Origin: Octopus bimaculoides
Taxonomy: Eukaryota
Direction: 5' to 3'
Length of the DNA stretch: 64,000 bases
NCBI RefSeq assembly: GCF_001194135.2
Contig: NC_069002.1
Coordinates: forward strand, 37,323,073-37,387,072
Shown: positions 39,735-52,700 of the stretch, in pieces
How the letters are laid out: the number at the start of each line of letters is the position of its first letter
Numbering within the stretch: position 1 is the first letter of the stretch
Translations under genes and position numbers: made by a program
Notes under the pieces: model-generated
Database searches by the model: none
The model's input: the letters and a program-made list of their open reading frames with translations, nothing else
What the model was told of the DNA's origin: nothing

Positions 39735-42700
39735 TGTGTGTGTGTGTATTTATGATGGAGAGCAGAAAAGAGTTCATTTGTCATCAATTATCAACTTGCT
39801 TCCTCGCTACATATTCGTCACACCTTTGTTTCCCTTCATGAACACACACACACAAACACACTCTCACCACAACTGAAAAAACGTTTTAAGGCCAAATTGC
39901 CTCTTAACAGATTAGTCTTGTGAGCCCCATCTTCTGCTTCCTTTGTTTGAGATGGTGTTTAAGGTCCAGATGCCCTTCTTGTTATCAACTTTTACCTCTT
40001 AAAACATGCAGATACACAGTGTATCTCTTCTAAAACTGGGCTGCACACACATCGCATTCGCTGTTGTTGCTTTCCCTATTTGTGTAGATAAGAAAAACAA
40101 AAAGAAAAGGAAGAACAACTTACTTGGTCATTGCCATTTCCATTAAACATTTCAAAATAGGGTAATTCTCCCAGGCAGTTTGTCCTAAACAGAAAACAAA
40201 ATTAAAGATAATACACAACAATTTCAGCAGATCACTGACAGAAATCCCAGAAAATCCATGAGGTCAACTGCAAAAGATCTCCATGAATCAGAAAGAATGA
40301 TCGGAAATGTTGTCCATGAAGACATCCAGTACAAGTTTTAGATGATGGAGAGTGGTCAATCCATGTCAAAAAAAAAAACAAAGGAAAATCATTTGCTCAG
40401 ATCTAAAAGGTTATCAAAAATGACCAACAATCTTTCACTACTATAAACAGAAGGGATGCCATTTCAGCTAAATCTATATTAAATTGGAGTTTATCATGAA
40501 CTTACAGACTAAACTGCTCACCATACTGCTTCTTTGGAGGTTTTCTATTTCCCAAGTTGACACCCATAGTTCTCTGAGACAAAACTACAGACTAATGAAA
40601 CAAATGACTCACCAAAAGTACTGGGATTGAATGCCACAATGATAAGCAACATATTCCAAGCTTTCCAGTAAAGTGCAGATATGGCCAGAGTTGGTGGAGT
40701 ATATCTGTTGAAAAAGAGTGAATTAAGGTACAAGAAAGGAATATAGAAAATTATAAAATATAGATCTTGGAAATCAACAAATTGAATTTAACAATTTTAT
40801 CAGTCTTTATTATAGTGTTATATTTCTTCTTGAATTTCTTGGTAGCCTGACATACATACACATGTATAATGCTATAAACAGTTATGCAGAATATATGCAA
40901 ATAGCATTAAGAAACTGATAGAGGAAAAATACAGTATTAGTCAAGATTAATAACTTGATTTATTCAGACAAGTGTCAGAGGTGGACATATTTTATGACTT
41001 ATGATCTCATCAGTGACACAGATGTTTTCATATTTGCTAAAGTAGTGATACGAGAATCATTAAGTAAACATACAAAATTATATTAAAGATATTTTACAAA
41101 CATAACTAAACAGATTTGTTCCTGTTATTCTCTTAAGCTTACTTGTAGAGCTTGATGCAGTCCTCTGGTTTGCCAGCTCCTATCAAATTGTCCAATCCAT
41201 GTTAGCATGAAAAATGGACATTAAATGATGATGCTGGTGAAAATTTATATAAATTTTTACTTTCCATTTAGCACTATCAACACCTGGTACCTTACTAGGA
41301 ACACGTTTTGAATGCAATAGTGGTTTCTTATCACTTTCCTTCGTGCTTTTTCGTTTACAAAACATCATTTTTTTGGCTAGATACGGACCAGTTCACGACA
41401 CCATCTTATATATTCTAAATATAAATGCCAGAACAAATACTACAAAGTATTTTGTTAAACTTGCTAACAATTACATCCCAGCCTCCCGTCTCAATGTTAT
41501 CCAAGGGAAAGGCAAAAGGGGCCGATACAGCTTGGCACTAGTGACACTGCAACTCATTTCTACAGCCGAGTGAACTGGAGCAACATGAAATAAAGTGTCT
41601 TGCTCAAGAATTGACCTCACTACCTCATGATTGTGAGCCCAACACTCTAACCACTGAGCGATTCATTTAACATTATCATTTTTTGTCTGCTTTTTCTCTT
41701 CTGTTAAAGGTTGGATGAGAGCCAGTGAGGCAGCAAGATGCCAGTCTTCTAACTAACTTGTACCTGCTTTTCATGTAAGGTATTTTCATTCCACAGGCCT
41801 TCATACACAAAGAAACATTTTTTATGTTTTCCGTGAAGTTTTCACTGGTCCAGCTAGTGAATGATTAAAAGAAGAAACATAAATAGACATAACCAGTTAA
41901 CAAGTAATAAATAAATCCAAGTCTCACCCTTTTGGTAAAACAATGTTCTCAGGATGTCGATAGGCACAAAGATTCATTAGAGCATCAACAAATTCTAGAC
42001 GAGTGACTCGAAGAACTTCAACACCTGAAAAGTGAAAAACAAATGTTGAAAGAACAATAAGGTATAACAAAATAAGTAATGACACCATGAAAACAAAAGT
42101 GGATATAGTGTTCTTTAGCTCCATGTCTTCTCTGACTGAGCAGACAAATCAGTTTTGATCAAAGGCACTCTAGCGATGACAATTCCAAATTTTTGTACAT
42201 CTACAAATACATTTTCCATGTCATTATTTCTTCCTTTTGAAAGACTGTAAGGTTAACTTATATTTTTTTTTTTGGGGGGAGAAGGGTTAAATTTAGCTAT
42301 TTATACTGGATAGGGAGGTAACAATGTAGTGTAACTAGGATTGCACAATACAATGTCTCCTTTTAAGACAGCAGAATGTGATTTGGCTGCTATTTCTAGC
42401 AAGTGGAGTACCGACATAATGCATCTGAAACTGCATCCAAAATGCATCCTCCTTTATGGTGTTGCTGTTTCACCCCAGGAAAGCACTAATCTAAAAAAGA
42501 CCTGTACATTCACACACACAGACACATACACATATACCCACATAGCTAGAATGAGAACTGGTTGGAGAAAGTCCAGGGAGCTACTATCACTGCTGGCAAC
42601 AAAGAACGAAGGGTAGATTATATGATGCTTATATTAGACCTGCAATGCTGCATGGAAGTGAGAGATGGGCCTTAAATGTAGAGGACTTGAAAAGTAAGAA

Positions 42701-45700
42701 AGAAAATGAAGTCAGCATGCTCTGATGGATGTGCATTGTGAGCATGCATGAAATAATTAGGACAAAAGCTGGATATAAAAGGAATCAGAAGTTGTGTTCA
42801 AGAAAAAAGACTGTGCTGTATAGAGACATGATGTGTATGGGTGAAAACAACTGTATAGAGAAGTGCCAATCACTAAATGTGGCTCGAACTTGCAGCAGAA
42901 GAAGACCCCAGGAAGACATGAAATGAAGTGGTTAAGGCCAACCTCAGAACTCTGAACTACAGGGAGGAAATGACAAAAGGCCAGATCGCTGGCAATACAA
43001 GGTTCTCAAAAAGACCAGGCTTCGTCAGCAAGACTGGAAGTGCTATGTATTGTGTGCTTCACACACACGTTACAGTGACTCATTCCCTCCTCCCATGCAT
43101 TAGGCCTACCTCTTCTCCCACCCAGGCTCCTACAGAATACCCAGCCATATCATCCTTCTCTCCTGTCCTTCATCCCTGACAACTGTATCAACCCCACTAC
43201 TCCAGCTGCTTGCCCTGCACCCACCCACTCTCTTTTCTATCCCCTTGTCTCCCCAACTTGTGCCTCTGCTCATCTACCCTTCAACACAACCTACTTTGGC
43301 AGTTTTCCTCTTCATCCTTTCATTCTTTGTCACATCCTATCTGGCAAACTGATTCTTCAACCTACTTAGTGTCTTGTGAGGCCACCTCAGAATCTCTCCC
43401 AGCTCTTATTCCTCATTTTCTCTTTCTTTCTCCTTCCCCTATTAGATGTGAGTAGCCATGCAGATCCTCTACAAGAACCTACACTGCCCCCCCCCTCCCC
43501 GCAGGGTTTATAGTTATGTCTGCTGCATGGCAAGCTCCATAGTGCAGTGACAAGAATAAAGCACCCAATCCACACTGTAAAGTGACTGCAAGGACTGCAT
43601 CAAATCCTGTCGAACTGCCAAACTATGCCAGCATGGAGCAGGGATGATGATGATGATGATGATGATACATACAAACATACACACTCACATGCATCTATAC
43701 ATATGTTTGTGAGTCTTTACTTCTGTGTGTCTCCACACTGACACCATTTGATTGACAGCATCTTCTCAAAACAATATTCTCTGCAGCTCAGTGATTTCAA
43801 CTTGTGAAGAATAAAAAAAATATCTTGCTTGAAAAACAGTGAGGTGACAGGAAGGTTCTGCTGCTGACTACTGAGACAATAGATTTCTTCCCATCCGGAC
43901 CAGCAGAGGAAAAGCAGACATAAAAGGGATGAGAAACAAAGCAATATATGTAGAGAGACAAAAAGTGAGTCACTGTAATTGACAGCTTCGACATGGGTTC
44001 AAGTTGAGATAAAAAGAGATAATGCAGTGAGCCCCTACATGCAAGGATCTGACCACAAGACCAACAAACAACCATTGCCAAATACTGGTCATATGACTTA
44101 AGTAAAAGAAAAGATTAAAAAATTGTGTGTCAATTGAAATGTGAAAACAGAATTTTATGTTTCCTACCTTCCAGTCGAATCATAGCAGCTCTTTTGATCA
44201 ATTGGTCAGCTAATTCAACAGCATCTGCAGAGCTGAGAGAAAGTTCTCGAGACAAACCTATGACGAGGACACGCATTAGTGTATCTTCAAGAACAGGGAC
44301 TTCAGAAGCAATGCGGAGCATTAAGCTGTGGAAAGAGAGAGAGAGAGAGATAATTGTTAAGATAGGAATAATTGAGTACAAAGAAGATGCATAAATGGAT
44401 GTCTAGTGTTTGAACAAATTGTTTCCAAGTGTGAAAGTGAAGAGGCACACATGAGTGAACTAGAGACAGAGAGACAGAGAGATGGTGAGTGTGTGTGTGT
44501 GTGTGTGTGGACTACACACACATATGTCTACCTAAATCTGACTTTCTATGCTCACAGCATAAGAGATGTTTTGATTATTACCCATAAAAGTATGGTAGAT
44601 ATTAAAACAATGATAGTGGTGGTGGTGGTGATGAGGTTAATGACTAAAATAAATCAATTGCAAAATCACAGTTAACACACCAAGCTTTAGAGAGATTTTA
44701 TCTGGCAAAAAGGATCCTCATTCACCTCTACTGAAGCTCCCCAATCAGATGCACTTTTCCATGCTTCCAGCAGAAAATTAAACACCACACACACAATTGA
44801 AATGCTTAATAACAAGAAAGAGGGAAAAAAAAGACAAAAAACAATCCAATGAAAAATATATCACAAATTTTTTTAAGACCAGTGGACGAAAATCTTACTA
44901 GAAAAAAAAAAAAACAATGGCTGACAACAGGAAGAGCATCTTGTCATAGAATACTGCCTCAATCAGTCTTGTCCACTCCATACTAGCACAGAAAAAGTAT
45001 ATGAAATGATAATGAAGATGAAAGAAGAGTTCATATTGTGTGTGTGTGTGTGTGTGTGTGTGTGAGAGTGAAAGAAGTAGTTTACAGTGATGCCTGCTTT
45101 TACAGAACTATTACTTCATCGCATGTGTGTTGTTGACACAGTGCTTAACCGGAAAAAGACTTTGCTATAAAAGAAGCATACTCTTACCAAAAATAGGGTT
45201 AGGTCGGAAAAATGGGTCAATCGATTGTTGCAAATACTACTTACGCACGGTCAGACTCCAGGGGCCAGTTGTCTTTGTTGTGGTAATGCTCAGTACTTTC
45301 CATAAACAAGACTTTATGTAAACTGAAATCAAATGAGATCTTCATAATAATAGGAAAACAAGACTAAAGAGCCGCAACATGGCCATGTTGGAATGTTAGC
45401 GATTCATTACCAAATACATGGCATCCCAAAAATCTTATTCATGCACTGCACAAGGAGACAGGGAACCACTTTAATATTTCAAAGCCAATTTTAAAATATA
45501 TTACGGTATTCCTTTTCTATATACTCTTAGCTAAAAACTTCTTGGTTGTACCCTGACATGGCACAAAACCAAACTGCATCTTATCTGATTCTCTTCCTAA
45601 TCAATTCTGCAAATACATTTTCTGTTACTTTTACAATCAAATCAATCAGTTTGATATGTCTGTAGTTGGTTCTTTATAAAACATCCTTAACTGCTGTAGT

Positions 45701-46591
45701 AGTTGACTGTTGATGGCTATAACCAATCAGTTGGTATGATACCTATGTATCATACTTGATAGATTATGTGAGAGATTAGCTTGAGTCTTAATTGCCACAT
45801 ATCTTCAGCATCTCAATGGAATTGTAACTTTCTCCCATCTTCATGTCCTTCATGGCCACTCTGACCATATAACTGTCCACTTCAACAGCTGGTTCCCTCT
45901 ATAAGTAGTTCTTCTTCTTCTCACAACATTTTCAAGCCTAAGATGACCAAAGTGGAATTTGATTTCAGAAGGCAAAGCATCAGAACAAAAAACACAAACC
46001 ATTTGTTTGATGTTCTAACAACAAGAACAACAATAATAATAGTTTTTTGATTTAGGCACAAGACCAGCAGGTCTTAAAGTGCTGGAACAGGTCGTATAAG
46101 GCCTTTCCACTGATTCTGCCATTCCACCACCCACCAATTCAATAATACCAACCCACTCCCATCCTAATCATAATAATGCTTTCTACTATGGACACAAGGC
46201 TTAAAATTTTTTTTTTTGGGGGGGGGGGGGCTACTCGATTACATTGACCCTAGTGTGTCACTAGTACTTATTTTATCGACCCTGAAAGAATGAAAAGCAG
46301 AGTCAACCTCAGTAGAATTTGAACTCAGACAAAATGCCACTAAGCATTCTGCTAGTCATGCTAACAATTCTGCCATCTAACCACCCTAGTTACAACAACA
46401 AAAGATAAAATTATGCAAGAGTTCTGAATTCAAGGATAAAAAAGCAGTCATTACCAGTGAACATATTCATGTGGTTTCATTTCAACTATACTTGGTACAA
46501 CAGTGTGAAGCCACCACACACTGTCTCGTTGAATAAGTGTTACCTGCTGCTGATATTGGTGAAGAATTTCCAAATCTGAAAATTATAAATG

Positions 46592-46622
<31 letters not shown>

Positions 46623-47461
46623 CAAAGACATCATCATCATCATCATCATCATTCTTATATCCACTTTCTGCCACATTCAGTAATTTGGTGTAGATGAATG
46701 GCTTGTAACTGGATGAGTTTAGCGAAGAATTAAGCATAGATGTAGTTCAAGGCTCAGTCCACAGTTCCCCCCTATTTATTATAGACCTACAGGCCATCAT
46801 AGAAGAATTCAAGACTAGATGCCCTTGGGAACACGTATATGCTGATGACCTAGCTCTCATAGCTGAATCTATAAGAAAATTAGAGAGGAAATTCTGAGCA
46901 TGGAAGCCTTAGCAAAGGTTCTAGTCAGTAAGAAAGAAGATAGGAGTCTGATATCTTCAGGGAAATAGCCTTGCTCACTATGAAGTAATGAAATAGGTAT
47001 AAATTCCATAAACTGTACCCAATGTAAACGATAGACATGCAAGAAATGTAGTGGAATCAAAGGTAGACTAGCAGAGAACTTAAGCTTTGCATATTAAAGA
47101 TGCACTAGAGTAGTATGTATTAAGAACATACCAGAAATAGATGATTTTGAATTCTAGGATGACTCACTAGAAATATGCTGTGTCTAGGGAGAGTCATACT
47201 GTCTTAATAATGCCTTATTATCTAACACACTCACTGATTTGATTTCCACTCATTTATTATTTATATTTTTGCTTTCAAAGCTGTTGTTGCTTTTGCAACC
47301 TTGTCAATCATCCTATTTTTCAGTGTAATAACTTTACTAACCTTTACGATCACCACGGGCCAAATTGCCAAAAGCTTCTCTCACTGAAGGTGTGATTCCG
47401 ACCAAGATGGTCAAAGTGATAAGATCAGTTATTGCCAAAACATACCGCTCCTAAGAAAAAA

Positions 47462-47498
<37 letters not shown>

Positions 47499-49706
47499 GT
47501 ACTTTTGGTGAAGCATTTAAAGAGATTTGTGTAAGGCTGGAACAACGAAAGAATCACAAGCTAAACTACAAAAGGGAAAAGAAAAAACAAATGATACAGT
47601 GATCAGATATATCTGCTGAACATTAGCTCACTCGCTCCCTCCCTCAAATCAGCATTGCCTGAACAGGTGCACAGTGTGCCCCACGTCAGGTATCAAAGTG
47701 ATCACAGAGCAATGGGAAATGAAATATTTTGTTCAGAGACACAACGCACCGCCCAGTCTAGGAATTGAAACCAGGATGTCACAGTTGTCACTGCAACACC
47801 CTAACCATCATATATACAGGGTGTCCCAAAAATAAGGCAACCAAAGTTTCGGGCTTTAATAACTATCAATAAATGTGATAAGATATGAAAAATATACATC
47901 ATTATAAAAGCTTAGTGTGTCTTCTTTTTCTTTAAGACTAAATAAACTCAGATATATAAATTAGATAATGGCTAGAGACTGAAACATAATTATAATCTTC
48001 CACAAAGGAGGTGAAAGTAATACAGTTTTAGCAAAAAGCTTAAGATTAACAGAACAGTCTGGAAAATTGTCAAGAAATTTCAAGAGACTGGTTCCACCAG
48101 TGATTGAACTGGACGTGAGTGAAAAAGAAGTGCGCAGACACCTCAGAGAAAACGTATGGTGATATTCTCATTATTCTGTCAGAAAACTGGCTGCCACAGC
48201 AAAAATAAGCTGACCATCAATGCATTGAGTGCTGAAGGAGGATCTCAAGACCTACTCCTACAAGATGATCTGCCATCATGAGCTCACACAAGTTTATAAG
48301 GCCATGAGACTGGAGAGAAGTCATCTTATCTTGTGTCAGGTAGCTGAAGGCATGGGCCCAATTTGTTTTGGCAAATTGGAAAAAGTTGGTTGCCCTAATT
48401 AATTAGGTAAGGAGAGAGAGAGTTTTAATTAAAACTTTATTACAAGTTTTATTCAGTTGTTACACCCTATTCTCCCCATTCTGAAGTTCCATGCCTCCCA
48501 CAAAATATCCTTCCTCACACTAGTGGAGCATATACCCCTGTTTGAGAAACACTGCAGAGTAGATGGAAACTGTATAGAAGCCCATCATACACAAGTACAT
48601 CTGAGTAAATTGATGCATACAAGGGAGTTAACTATCTAGAGAGACATAACTCTGATAAACTTGGCTATTCGATAATAATAGTGGTTCATAAGATGAGCAG
48701 CAGACCAAGAACAGAGGTTAACATAATTAATACCATTGAAGGTAGTGCCGTACATGACTTCTGTATAGAAATATTGAAACCAGTAAGAGAATAATGGAAT
48801 AAAAGAATACTTACTTTAAATGCTTGATCCATATCAAGAAATTTAGTCTCAGTTCGTTTTTGCATCAGACCCAAACAGAAAGCCACAAAGTTCAAATCAT
48901 GCCTCAATGAACGAACTATTTCCCTAAATAGAGCCCTTAATGCTCTTAGGTAGTCTTCTTTATTAACCAACAGGTCCTGGAAGATTTCAGCAAGGATCTG
49001 TAGGAGAGATATGCAAAAGACATTAGGAACATCAGATGAGGAGGAGAGAAAAAACAAAATAGTGATATTAGTAACAAAGATAATGATTGTGATGATATTG
49101 GTGCTGATGATGGGAATTGTGGTGGTGGTGATGTTGGCTAGGATGATGCTGATGTTGATTACAGTGGTGACAGTAATGATGCTGTTGGCTATGGCAATGG
49201 TAGTGATGGTGATGGTGGTGATCACGAAGAAGATAACAGGCAGTGGTGAGTTGGTGTCCAGCTCAGGTCAGACTTGATCAAGCAAACACATCCCATCTTT
49301 CACGGACTTTTGTTGTTCTTTTGGAAGTATTATGGCTGTCATTTAATGTAAGTATGACAGCTACTTGATTCAGGTTCAGCAAACACAGAAGCTCCTGGTG
49401 GTGATGATGATGATGATGTTAAAATCAGCCGTGACCGAGCAGACGTAGGAGTCTAAGATACTGCAACCTTATCTCACTCCGTCACCTCAGACACAGTGCA
49501 ACCAGCATGGAATATAGACATGACGATGACGACGATTATGACGATACTTACTCTAGCAGATGTTTCTGGAGAACTTTGACATATTACACCAAGTAAAGCC
49601 ATGTTGTTAGGGTTACGAGCACTGGACAACTCATTGTAGATGGTCTGGGTTAATATCATACGTAAATTTTCAGAGTTTTGGGAGAGAAGTTCTCTGTAAT
49701 TATATC

Positions 49707-49737
<31 letters not shown>

Positions 49738-52700
49738 AATATAATTATTTCAAACATTGGCACAGTATTATGGAGTGATTACAGTCAGGCAAATTAACCC
49801 CAGTGTACTTTATCCCTTTTACTGATTTCAACCATCAGGCTATGATTATGTTGGAACTTAAATTTCAAGGGCTTAATTGATCATATCAACCCTGCAATGA
49901 TTATTTCAGTCTGGTACTTATTTTATATTTCATTGATCTACATTCATCAAACAGCCAAGTCACATCGTTTGGTTCAACAATAACTTTATATCAATAAAAA
50001 CAGAGACAAACACACACACAAGAAACCTCTACACAAATATTACCCATTTCAGAATTAGAATCCTAATTATGCAATGTCAATGTATGGTATAATGTACACC
50101 ACAAAATCACCATGAACCAAAAACCCCTAAAAAGGTTTAACTCTAAAGAACTATCAATGACTTGTAGGTATATGGTATTTCGTTATGCAACTACAATATA
50201 CTATAAAGTATATTAAATGTTTTTTATGAGTCAACACCACATCCTGCTGTTTTAGCAGTGCACTTTACATTATTTTGTTAAGGTTATTTCTACAGATATA
50301 AATTATAGCCAGCACTGATTTTTTGCTACAATATTTCATATCAAGATGTAAACATTGAGACTGAAGATAAAAATGAGTAATGAGTGTATATGCCATATTT
50401 CAGGGGTTTTTTGCCCCTTCATCAGCACCCATCTAACCCATTCTTGCCTCTGAACACATTGCTTACATAGCCACCGCATACAGCAGTGTTAAGCTATTGG
50501 ATTTACCAATTTACATATGAAACACATTCCTGGAGATGCTACGTAAATATTAATGATTTGTAGGTACGTGGTATTTTGTTATGCAACCATACAATATAAA
50601 TAATATACTGTATAAATAATGTAAAAAGCACTGCTAATGCAGTAGAACATGGGGTTGACTTATAAACATTTAATATACAAGGTGTCCCAAAAGTCGCTGA
50701 GAGATTTCAATTTTCAATAGCTAAATCATGAGTGCAACACTAACCACTTGGCCACACATTTTATCCACTCAGACATGTCCTGGGTAACATGTACTGAATT
50801 AAGCACAAATTTTTTAAAAAATAAAAATAAATTATTTTCATTTTTGCCACACAAATTCTCACAAATCAGAAACTCAAAAAGTGAGAACTACTACGTAAAT
50901 TGTTTTATATTTTACCAAACTCCTTCAAAATCATAATATTAAAAAGAATTGAAAAACACAGGCAACTGGAGCCTCTACTTGGTGTCTCAACTTGTAAATA
51001 GCAGTCAAGTGTCCCTCAAACCAGACCCAAAGAGCCTGTTGAATGATGTGTTCTTGGGTTTCCTTCACGCGGGAAAAAGACAAGTCATGGATGGAAAACC
51101 TCTGACTGTAGGTCCATAAGTGGGCTCAATCAGAAGTGTTTTAGGGATATGCCACAAGAACTCATAACAAATATAATCAGGGAATGAGTTAATGAAAAGA
51201 AAAAGTCTTACCGCAGACTTGAAAGGTAATGGTTAATTAGAGGTTTAGTTTTCAGTCGAATTTTGGTTAGTTGAACAATAGTCTCCACATCCATGGAAGA
51301 TGATTGGTCACAATTGAGACAGACAGAAAGTAGAAGGTCTTGAGCTGATCTAGACAACTGTAATGGGAGAAAATGTAAAAATATTTTTTAGTCATATTTC
51401 ACAAAGGATAACAGATTAAATTACAAACTGTTTAAGTTTAGCAAAACCTTTGGGATTCCATCAAGAGTTAAGTCAAAACTCTTCATGGAATCCCATCTCT
51501 TGTCTGCTGGGGCTTAGTTTTGTCTTTTTCACAGTAGTGACAAACCAGATGTGACACCTCTCATAACAGAAAGCTGTTGCTGTATTTTTTTACCAAACCA
51601 GCCACTCTGAAGAGTGCAGTCTTAAGATAATCACCTGATTATTAAATATACTGTGTAACTGATTGGTAAGATCAGTTGAAATGGATCTAGAATATTATAT
51701 ATATCTTAATATAGCCTCTTCCATATGTAGCCATCAGCACTTCTTTATACATCTGTCCTCATCCATCCACATGACAATACCAGTACAATCTCACCTGCAC
51801 ACCCCATAAGATGCTTCTTATACCCAATTTTTATCAACATATTTGTGCTTTGTCATATATGCATGCTGACATTTTAATCTAGCAAAGCATGAAAATTCAC
51901 ACAACCAACCTTTGGATTTTGTAGCCACATTTCTAGACGCTGTGCTGCAGTAAGACGGATCTCCCCAGAACCACAAGTGACTGTCATAAGCCGGATTAGG
52001 TTGCGTGTTGAACCATCCATTGGCTGACGTTTGTTCAGTTGTTCTCTCACAATTTCAAGGACATCTGATTCTATCATCTCTTGCTGGTAAACGTATCTAA
52101 GGTAAAAAGCAAAGAAGTTGGAAAATGAAAATAAAAAAAATATATCCCAGGGGAACTAATCACAGTCTGCATCAACGAAAAATTTAGTAAAGTTTTGCAA
52201 ATTTGAACATGGTTGTATGTCATGGGCAGACAAGAGTTTTAAGCAAAGCCTTTCACCAAAGACAGAAAAGAAAAGATTTCTCTCCAAACAAAAGATTAGC
52301 TGGAATTTTCAATACTCACATTCTGTCTCAGCATATAAACTTAACCAAATTTGAAAACTTTGTAAATATCTATGAGAATATCTTCATCTGTACTACTCAT
52401 AATTATGTGACAGATAATTTGCCATTTAATGAAAAGAATACACAAAATGGAGAAATATAACTGCATTCTAAAAATATCTGAGATGTCTTGCATTCACACT
52501 TCACTAACAACCTTAAATAGAGATGAAACCTTCACATTAGAGTCTAAACTGGAAATAAAATGCACACAAATGAATACCTAGAACAAGGTCAAAGATCAAG
52601 ATGAAAATCACACACACATCAATACCTTAATAAGGTTAAATACTACGACACCAAGGTCAAAGTTACAGACATACCTTCAAAGCTCAAAGTTTAATGTCTT

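Noticed and set aside
43717-44081. Exon-like frames in intron 14 (e.g. SQVEITELQRILF)
   Set aside because: Stops in the relevant frames; exons 14 and 15 join cleanly without them.
48998-49225. In-frame Ile/Thr-rich extension of the exon 10 ORF
   Set aside because: Degenerate (GAT/GGT)n intronic microsatellite upstream of a clear acceptor at 48997.
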